Assembly (NCBI GenBank): GCA_037133055.1
Contig: JBAXOY010000096.1
Span: 1 to 11,187, forward strand
Reading direction: 5' to 3'
Length of the DNA stretch: 11,187 bases
Origin: Chlamydiota bacterium
Lineage (GTDB): Bacteria > Auribacterota > Tritonobacteria > UBA1439
A program made the translations under genes and the position numbers. The notes beneath the pieces are model-generated. The model saw only the letters and a program-made list of their open reading frames with translations. It was not told the DNA's origin and did no database searches. Positions within the stretch are counted from its first letter, which is position 1. Every line of letters begins with the position of its first letter. Shown one piece after another: positions 1 through 8,816 of this stretch.

Positions 1-1088
1 AGGAGTCCTTCGATCGAACTGCCCCCGTCGATGCCCGCCCTGACGCCCCCGCAGGTGTAGTGGGCGGCGGGGACGACCGGGATCGGCTCCCTCGTCATGT
101 CGAAGCCGAACTCGAGGCACTTCTCGTAGATCGTGGGGAAGCGGGAGAGGATGAAGTCGCGGCCCCGGTGCGTGATGTCGAGGAGGGCGTGCTCCGCGCC
201 CGATGTCTTGATCTCGTTGTCGATCGCCCGCGCGACGATGTCGCGGGGGGCGAGCTCGCGGTCGGGGTGGTACTTCGCCATGAACGGCTCTCCGCCCGCG
301 AGCCGCAGGATCCCGCCCTCCCCGCGCACCGCCTCGGAGATGAGGAAGCTCTTCGCCTTCGGGTGGTAGAGGCAGGTCGGGTGGAACTGGATGAACTCCA
401 TGTTCGCGATCTCCGCCCCCGCGCGGTACGCCATCGCGACGCCGTCGCCGGTGGCGATGTCCGGGTTGCTCGTGTAGAGGTACGCCTTGCCCGCCCCTCC
501 CGTCGCGAGGACCGTGAGCCGGGCCGAGATCGGCGAAATGACCCCCGTCGACCTGTCCAGGACGTAGGCCCCCGCGCATCGGCCGGGGTCTTTCCTGTCG
601 CCGGCGATCTTTCCGGTGGTGACCAGGTCGACGGCGATGTGGTCCTCGAGGATGGAGATGTTCCTCTGTTCCGCCGCCCGCGCCAGGAGCGTTTCCTCGA
701 TTTCGCGCCCGGTGCAGTCCGAGGCGTGGACGACCCGGCGGGCGGAGTGGCCGCCCTCGCGCCCGAGGTCGAAGCCCCCCGCCGCGTCGCGCGAGAAACC
801 AGCCCCGAGGCCCGAGAGCCATTCGATGGCCCGCGGGCCGCCCCCGACGACCTCCTCGACCGCCGCCCGGTTGCAGAGGCCGTCGCCGGCGGCGAGCGTG
901 TCGCGGACGTGGGCCTCGAACGAGTCGGGGGGCGAGAGGACGGCGGCGATGCCGCCCTGGGCGTAGAGGGTGTTGGACTCGGACTTCTCCCTCTTGGCGA
1001 GAACGGTGACCCGGGCGAACGGTGCGCACCTCAACGCGTAGGAGAGGCCCGCGATGCCTCCTCCGATCACGAGGATGTCGGTTTCCAT
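1..1088 (-). CDS. nadB: L-aspartate oxidase (5' part; continues beyond the left edge)
   Basis: Not in the ORF track because it has no stop in the window. Manual translation from ATG (cat at 1086-1088) gives [32 protein letters not shown]...[13 protein letters not shown], then [55 protein letters not shown] and PAAHYTCGG. These are the FAD-binding and active-site motifs of NadB. Confidence 0.95.
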   Translation of the reverse strand, partial: METDILVIGGGIAGLSYALRCAPFARVTVLAKREKSESNTLYAQGGIAAVLSPPDSFEAHVRDTLAAGDGLCNRAAVEEVVGGGPRAIEWLSGLGAGFSRDAAGGFDLGREGGHSARRVVHASDCTGREIEETLLARAAEQRNISILEDHIAVDLVTTGKIAGDRKDPGRCAGAYVLDRSTGVISPISARLTVLATGGAGKAYLYTSNPDIATGDGVAMAYRAGAEIANMEFIQFHPTCLYHPKAKSFLISEAVRGEGGILRLAGGEPFMAKYHPDRELAPRDIVARAIDNEIKTSGAEHALLDITHRGRDFILSRFPTIYEKCLEFGFDMTREPIPVVPAAHYTCGGVRAGIDGGSSIEGL

Positions 1089-1169
1089 GGCCCCATGGTA
1101 GCGGCCTTTGCGGGGCGTGTCAACGACGGGGCGCACCCGCGGGGTGCAACCCGCCCGCGGCGAATCTGG
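1048..1169 (+). repeat. Left copy of 122-bp direct repeat (partner 3292-3413)
   Basis: Manual alignment at offset 2244 gives 120/122 identical (T1088/C3332, A1126/G3370). Confidence 0.97.
1095..1123 (-). promoter_or_regulatory. sigma70-type promoter of nadB (TTGACA-N17-TACCAT), probably leaderless
   Basis: The minus strand reads TTGACA(1123-1118) cgccccgcaaaggccgc(17 nt) TACCAT(1100-1095) ggggcc ATG. The -10 is 6 nt from the start codon, leaving no room for a transcribed Shine-Dalgarno. Confidence 0.8.
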
Positions 1170-1173
1170 ACTG

Positions 1174-1298
1174 CAAACAGGGAGCATGCTGAATCCGTAA
1201 TCCCGCTTGACAGCCCCTATGGCTCGAAGAATATCTGTGTGTACTTCAAACAGGGAGCATACTGAATCCGCAATCCCTCATTAACAGCCCCTACGGCT
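1174..1298 (+). repeat. Imperfect direct repeat pair, 1174-1224 and 1247-1298
   Basis: caaacagggagcatgctgaatccgtaatcccgc-ttgacagcccctatggct versus caaacagggagcatactgaatccgcaatccctcattaacagcccctacggct: 46/52 identical, with 5 substitutions and 1 indel. Confidence 0.93.
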
Positions 1299-3142
1299 TC
1301 CGGCCTTGCGGATAATATTTCAGTTAATATGTTTTGATGCCCGTACGAGTTTTTTGTTAAAAAAATCCCATAGCCTTGATATATTGACATTTTCTGATGT
1401 TCGCTGAAGTGATTCGTGAAATCTATAAATTTAGGCGCCGTTTTTAATTTCCACATCGCCATGTAGCCAATTCCCTCTCCGCAAAGCTCTTGATCTCTCC
1501 TCGAAAAGGCATTTATAACCTCTTTAAGCATAGCAGGCTGATTTTCACATAGCCAAAACGCTGCATAAACTCCCAGCGCTCGTATCATTTCATCATGATT
1601 CTGATCAGGTGTAAAATGAGGCAGTGCAGAGGTTAGTGCTCGTATTTGTTGCTGCATAGACTCGGCATCTTTAGCGCGTATATAATCATCTCTGCCATAC
1701 CCGGCAAACCACTCGGCAAACCCCATTTTAATGTCATTTGATTCCTGTGCATTATAATGATGAGGCAACTCTGCGAGTAGTGCCTTGCATAGTGCAGGTG
1801 AATTCCTGTAGTTCATAGTTATCATAGCACCAAGCCACCAATAGTTTGTTCCCGAAGCCCGGCCCCGCCCCGTGTCCACCGGATCCAAAATCGATAATGT
1901 GCCTTTCATGCCGGCTAAAATTGTTGTTGCCAGCAAGAATATACCTATCAAGCGTAATGGCATTGTAGTGATACCATTCCTATGCGATTTGATAAGATTC
2001 GAGATTCCAAGGGCTATTACGATAAAATAAATTGGATAGAGCCTGATAAGATACGGGCCACGTTGCCAAAAACCAACAAGCGGGGAAACGTGCCAACTAA
2101 AAGAAAACATATGGACCAAAGGAAAGATCAATACATATCCGAGTATGACACTTTTTGCATCATCATTCTCTGATCTTCTCAGACTACGGGAGGGAATCAA
2201 GAAGTGCCGGAGAGAGAGTAAAGTAACCACATAGCACAACCAGAAAGTGGCGAGAAGCCCCCCCCCCCACAAATAACTGCCTTTGTAACAAAACGAATCA
2301 TATATTCCTCTGGTAGCTGCAACAAAAAAATTCCGAATCGCATCATAAAGCGTAGGGGATTTGATGATACAGTTTATTATACCCGTAAATCTAAATAAGA
2401 ATGTCAGATCAAGTTCATATGAATACATCAGGAGTGGGCTAAGCCCCAATAATAAGCACGGGAAGACCAAAATCCAATTCCAATCCTTCCATGTGCGCCA
2501 ATTATAGATGGTGACAAACATGATGATGATAGCACTGCTGAACAACATCGTCGGCAATATGAAATAGCCAAGCCCGCAGGTCAACCCAACTCCAATTATG
2601 AGCAACCTCCTGATACTCTCTTTTGGTCGCTCAATAATATGAACAAAAAGCGTGAGGAGGAGAAGGTCGAGGTACCCTATGAGATTATGATGTCCGGTAG
2701 CTAATACTGAAGAAATGATATCGCCGGGGAAAGAAAGAATCGAAAATACATAAAAAAGCCTTGCAGCCAGAGGGCCAAAATATTTTCCGAGCAGGTGGAT
2801 CACAAGCCAGACATTCAACACCGAGAATACGAGTGCTGAAAGCTTCAGGCTAAGATGACAATCGCCAAGCAATAGATAATACGGGGCCGCAAACAAACCT
2901 ATAAGATACGGTCCCCCTTCACCTATGACATAATGATAACAATAAATGGGTTGAAGCCTCCCCCACGCAATATCTTTGGCAAGGTTACCGGCAACGAGCT
3001 CTTCACAGGTGCCTATTTGATATACTTGACGGGAGAGAAGTAGCACCATTAGCCTGGCCGCACTATAAAGAAAAAGCGCGATACAGACTTCAATATGGCG
3101 AAGAGAGCGATTATGGATTTTTATATATGGCGTGCTCATCAT
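1217..3142 (-). CDS. Polytopic membrane protein, probable GT-C superfamily glycosyltransferase (ArnT/PMT-like, GT39/GT83-like) with a soluble helical C-terminal region
   Basis: 641-aa ORF in AT-rich DNA. The N-terminal ~420 aa carry about 10-12 hydrophobic segments. An acidic pair follows TM1 (GTCEELVAG), then [31 protein letters not shown], resembling the P-L...LFG.S..SLRL pattern of ArnT/PMT_2 proteins. The C-terminal ~200 aa are hydrophilic. The ORF itself is near certain; the family is inferred. Confidence 0.65.
   Translation of the reverse strand: MMSTPYIKIHNRSLRHIEVCIALFLYSAARLMVLLLSRQVYQIGTCEELVAGNLAKDIAWGRLQPIYCYHYVIGEGGPYLIGLFAAPYYLLLGDCHLSLKLSALVFSVLNVWLVIHLLGKYFGPLAARLFYVFSILSFPGDIISSVLATGHHNLIGYLDLLLLTLFVHIIERPKESIRRLLIIGVGLTCGLGYFILPTMLFSSAIIIMFVTIYNWRTWKDWNWILVFPCLLLGLSPLLMYSYELDLTFLFRFTGIINCIIKSPTLYDAIRNFFVAATRGIYDSFCYKGSYLWGGGLLATFWLCYVVTLLSLRHFLIPSRSLRRSENDDAKSVILGYVLIFPLVHMFSFSWHVSPLVGFWQRGPYLIRLYPIYFIVIALGISNLIKSHRNGITTMPLRLIGIFLLATTILAGMKGTLSILDPVDTGRGRASGTNYWWLGAMITMNYRNSPALCKALLAELPHHYNAQESNDIKMGFAEWFAGYGRDDYIRAKDAESMQQQIRALTSALPHFTPDQNHDEMIRALGVYAAFWLCENQPAMLKEVINAFSRRDQELCGEGIGYMAMWKLKTAPKFIDFTNHFSEHQKMSIYQGYGIFLTKNSYGHQNILTEILSARPEAVGAVNEGLRIQYAPCLKYTQIFFEP
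2258..2268 (-). repeat. G11 homopolymer tract in the cargo coding strand
   Basis: The plus strand has 11 consecutive C. The coding strand TGG GGG GGG GGG CTT gives WGGGL and is currently in frame. Confidence 0.9.
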
Positions 3143-3158
3143 CCGATGGAGGGTCTAC

Positions 3159-3187
3159 ATCTTATATATACCTGAAACCTGCGTGAA
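3159..3187 (-). promoter_or_regulatory. Possible native promoter of the cargo gene (TTCACG-N17-TAAGAT)
   Basis: The minus strand has TTCACG(3187-3182), 17 nt, then TAAGAT(3164-3159), 16 nt upstream of the ATG at 3142. The AT-rich context makes chance matches likely. Confidence 0.35.
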
Positions 3188-3230
3188 TATCCGTTGTTAC
3201 GACAATGAATATGCCAAAAAAAGCCAAGAA

Positions 3231-3332
3231 TTACAAAGGAAGTATATCCCCGCCAAGATCATAGTGCCAGATTTTTCCGGATTTTTCCAATCCCGCGATG
3301 CCTCCTCCGATCACGAGGATGTCGGTTTCCAC
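3231..3332 (-). pseudogene. Duplicated nadB 5' fragment forming a 33-codon chimeric mini-ORF
   Basis: GTG start, (M)[14 protein letters not shown] then EKSGKIWHYDLGGDILPL*. The first 15 residues equal the NadB N-terminus. Confidence 0.75.
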
Positions 3333-3413
3333 GGCCCCATGGTAGCGGCCTTTGCGGGGCGTGTCAACGGCGGGGCGCACCCGCGGGGTGCAACCCGCCC
3401 GCGGCGAATCTGG
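3292..3413 (+). repeat. Right copy of 122-bp direct repeat (partner 1048-1169)
   Basis: Same alignment. It contains the first ~13 nadB codons (ATG changed to GTG) and the nadB promoter, and abuts the uvrA -10 box. Confidence 0.97.
3339..3367 (-). promoter_or_regulatory. Second intact copy of the nadB promoter, pointing into the cargo gene
   Basis: Identical to 1095-1123 (TTGACA-N17-TACCAT). Both repeat mismatches fall outside it. Confidence 0.75.
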
Positions 3414-3419
3414 TATACT
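3411..3419 (+). promoter_or_regulatory. Extended -10 promoter of uvrA (TGgTATACT), probably leaderless
   Basis: TG-n-TATACT ends 7 nt before the ATG at 3427. There is no SD sequence and no convincing -35 at 17 nt. Confidence 0.7.
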
Positions 3420-3426
3420 GTCGGTC

Positions 3427-6303
<2,877 letters not shown>

Positions 6304-6331
6304 AGTGGCCCGAGTGTCCCGGTCTTGCCTG

Positions 6332-6360
6332 TTGTCCTGATCCGCCCCCTGTGATAGTAT
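6332..6360 (+). promoter_or_regulatory. Putative sigma70 promoter of lptFG (TTGTCC-N17-TAGTAT with TGn extension)
   Basis: TTGTCC at 6332-6337, a 17-nt spacer ending in TGA, and TAGTAT at 6355-6360, 39 nt before the GTG start. Confidence 0.55.
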
Positions 6361-6399
6361 CGTGGGAAAGCACCACCCGGACATCGCGGCGGATCCCAC

Positions 6400-7518
6400 G
6401 TGAAAATCATTCAGCGCTATATCGGCGGCCAGCTCCTGAAGACGTTCGGCATCGCGCTCACGGTCTTCACCTTCATCCTCTTCATGGGGAACGTGATCAG
6501 GATCCTGGACATGCTGGAGCGCGGCGTCGCGGGAGGGCTGCTGCTCAGGCTCTTCCTGAGCTTCATCCCGTACCTTCTCGTCTTCTCCATCCCGATGTCC
6601 GTCCTCACCGCGTGCCTGCTCGTCTTCGGCCGGCTCTCCGCGGACAACGAGATCACCGCGATGCGCGCCTGCGGGATGGGCTACGGCAGGATATTCAGGA
6701 GCGGGATAATGCTCGCGCTCGCCCTCACGGCCGTTTCGTGGATGGTGAACGCGGTGGTGGCCCCCCGGGCGCACTACGCCATCCGGGAACTGCGCGACCA
6801 GGTGGGCGCGCAGAGCCCCGCGGCGCTCCTCGAACCGGGCGTCTTCATCGACTACTTCAAGCCGTACCAGTTCTACATCGGCCGGAAGGACGGGAGCCTT
6901 TTCAAGGATGTGATCATCTATGAAAAACTCCCGGACGACCGCATCCGGTTCCTCAAGGCGGCGCACGGCGAGATCGTCTCCGGCGAGGCCCGGAAGATCG
7001 TCTTCAGGCTCTTCGACGGCACCATGGAGGAGCCGCCGCGGGAGGGGGAGACCACCTCGGTCTCGGCCACCTTCAAGACCTACATCGTGAAGATGGGGCT
7101 CGACGAGGACCAGGGGGGCGTGCCGAAAAAAATGCCCGACTACACCTTCTCCGAGCTCGTGACGAAGATCGCCCACTGGAGGGGTATGCTCGCCGCCGCG
7201 AGCCCGATGATGCGGCGCGACATGCAGCGCCGGATCAGCATCACGCTCACGGAGGCGAGCGAGCGGATGGTCTTCACCTTCTGCGCCCTCGCGTTCGTGA
7301 TGATCGGGATGCCGCTTGGGATTGTGGCGCACCGCGGGGAGACCTCCGTCGGGGCGGCGATAAGCCTGGCCCTCGTGGGGCTCAACTACGCCTTCATCAT
7401 CTGCGTGGAGGCTCTCCAGGAGCGCGCCTGGCTCTACCCGTTCGTCCTCGTCTGGGTCCCGAACGTGGTGTTCGCCATCATCGGCCCCTGGCTCACCTAC
7501 CGGCTCGACAGGAGATGA
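6400..7518 (+). CDS. lptF: LptF/LptG (YjgP/YjgQ) family LPS-export permease, LptF-like
   Basis: MKIIQRYI N-terminus, three TM helices, IPMSVL...GRLSADNEITAMRACG motif, periplasmic domain, three further TMs with GMPLG. It is the first gene of a tandem paralogue pair; F versus G is assigned by order and motifs. Confidence 0.88.
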   Translation: MKIIQRYIGGQLLKTFGIALTVFTFILFMGNVIRILDMLERGVAGGLLLRLFLSFIPYLLVFSIPMSVLTACLLVFGRLSADNEITAMRACGMGYGRIFRSGIMLALALTAVSWMVNAVVAPRAHYAIRELRDQVGAQSPAALLEPGVFIDYFKPYQFYIGRKDGSLFKDVIIYEKLPDDRIRFLKAAHGEIVSGEARKIVFRLFDGTMEEPPREGETTSVSATFKTYIVKMGLDEDQGGVPKKMPDYTFSELVTKIAHWRGMLAAASPMMRRDMQRRISITLTEASERMVFTFCALAFVMIGMPLGIVAHRGETSVGAAISLALVGLNYAFIICVEALQERAWLYPFVLVWVPNVVFAIIGPWLTYRLDRR

Positions 7519-7522
7519 GGCA

Positions 7523-8596
7523 ATGATCAAGATACTCGACCGCTACCTCGTCCGCGAATTCCTCATCCCGCTCTGCTACTGCCTCGCGGCGTTCATACTG
7601 ATCTACGTCATCTATGACCTCTCCGCCCACCTCGACAACTACATCGAGGACCGGGTGCCCATGCGGTTCCTGATCCAGTACTACGTCATCCAGATGCCGC
7701 TCGTCATGGTGCAGGTCATCCCCCTCTCCATCCTCCTCGCGATCGTCTACTGCCTGGGCGCCCTGAGCCGCCACAACGAGATCACCGCGATGCGCGCCAA
7801 CGGCATCAGCGTCTACCGCATCATGCTGCCCTATTTCATCCTGGGCGTGGGCTTCACCGCGTTCATCTTCTATCTGAACGACCGGCACGCCCCGCGGGCG
7901 TACGAGGAATCGAAGAAGTTCCTCGATGACGCCCGCGGCGGGAAGCCCGAGGAGAAGATGCGCCCGCTCGCCTTCTTCAACTCGAAGGAGGGGCGGGCGT
8001 GGGCGGGGCAGTGGAAGCCGTCGGGCGACCTGCTCCAGAACGTCTCGGTGCGGAGCTTCCAGAACGGGCAGGTGGTCGAGACGATCTCCTCGTCGAAGGC
8101 GTCGTACCTCGACCAGGAATGGTGGTTCTTCGACGGCTCCATCCAGCGGTACGATTCGAAGGGGCGGGCCCGAGGGAGCGAGGAGGCGTTCAGCAAGCGC
8201 CGCTTCCCGTTCGGCGAAAAGCCCGAGGATTTTCTGAGCAGCCAGAAGGAGTCGCTCTCCATGAGCCTCGCGGAGCTCTGGCGGAACATGGCCCTCTATC
8301 CACGGGACTCCGATATCTACGGCAAGAAGCTCGTGGACCTCCACTACAAGATCGCCTTCCCGTTCGTCGGCATCACGATCGTGCTCATCGCGGTGCCCCT
8401 CGCCATCAAGACGACGCGGGGCGGCGCCGCGGGGAGCGCGGGCCTGAGCATCGCCATCTGCATCTCCTACTATGTCGTCGGCATGGTGAGCCTCTCGCTC
8501 GGGCACGGAGGGCACCTGCCCGCGTGGCTCGCGAGCTGGCTGCCCAACATCCTCTTCGGCGCGGCGGGGCTCGTGCTTCTGTACAGGAACAGATAG
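7523..8596 (+). CDS. lptG: LptF/LptG family LPS-export permease, LptG-like
   Basis: MIKILDRYL N-terminus, LSRHNEITAMRANGIS motif, KIAFPF...AVPL and LPAWLASWLPN C-terminal motif. An SD-like AGGAG/GAGG sequence overlaps the upstream stop. Confidence 0.88.
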   Translation: MIKILDRYLVREFLIPLCYCLAAFILIYVIYDLSAHLDNYIEDRVPMRFLIQYYVIQMPLVMVQVIPLSILLAIVYCLGALSRHNEITAMRANGISVYRIMLPYFILGVGFTAFIFYLNDRHAPRAYEESKKFLDDARGGKPEEKMRPLAFFNSKEGRAWAGQWKPSGDLLQNVSVRSFQNGQVVETISSSKASYLDQEWWFFDGSIQRYDSKGRARGSEEAFSKRRFPFGEKPEDFLSSQKESLSMSLAELWRNMALYPRDSDIYGKKLVDLHYKIAFPFVGITIVLIAVPLAIKTTRGGAAGSAGLSIAICISYYVVGMVSLSLGHGGHLPAWLASWLPNILFGAAGLVLLYRNR

Positions 8597-8685
8597 CGAT
8601 CGAGCGATCGAGCGATCGAGCTATCGAGCTATCGAGCTATCGAGCTATCGAGCTATCGAGATATCGAGCTATCGAGATATCGAGC
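8595..8685 (+). repeat. 8-bp tandem repeat, 11 units plus 3 nt
   Basis: (AGCGATCG)x3 (AGCTATCG)x5 AGATATCG AGCTATCG AGATATCG AGC, starting inside the lptG stop codon. Confidence 0.97.
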
Positions 8686-8709
8686 GGGGGATCCTGTTCG
8701 TCCCGCGGA

Positions 8710-8745
8710 TTGAACAGCGTGAACCGTTTGAACGGCTTGAACCAA
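8710..8745 (+). repeat. Degenerate 9-bp tandem repeat, 4 units with a TGAAC core
   Basis: ttgaacagc gtgaaccgt ttgaacggc ttgaaccaa. Confidence 0.85.
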
Positions 8746-8816
8746 CGGTGCGCCGGCGATTGATCGTGCGGTATCCCTGACCCTGCACCGCCCCCCGGCG
8801 CAAAGGTACTGGATTC

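Larger units (their letters stand above)
1170..3291. mobile_element. Low-GC single-gene horizontally acquired islet bounded by 122-bp direct repeats; no integrase or transposase
   Basis: Composition shifts sharply at the repeat boundaries (hand counts: 20/60 GC at 1321-1380 and 29/60 at 2521-2580, versus 49/60 at 721-780). Removing the insert plus one repeat restores a simple divergent nadB/uvrA junction. Confidence 0.75.

Noticed and set aside
60..1265. 401-aa plus-strand ORF and nested small ORFs
   Set aside because: Antisense shadows of nadB in high-GC DNA. The peptide shared with ORF 3132..6923 simply reflects the 122-bp DNA repeat.
1174..1298. DGR template/variable repeat pair
   Set aside because: The differences are not confined to adenines of one copy on either strand and include an indel. 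No reverse transcriptase is present in the window.
1170..3291. IS element or integron cassette
   Set aside because: No transposase, terminal inverted repeats or recognisable attC structure were found.
8595..8745. CRISPR array
   Set aside because: Units are 8-9 bp, contiguous and lack spacers; no cas genes are present.
8695..8745. LexA box upstream of dnaE
   Set aside because: The GAAC spacing is N5 and the TGTTC/GAACA pair is 12 nt apart, matching neither GAAC-N7-GAAC, GAAC-N4-GTTC nor TGTTC-N4-GAACA.
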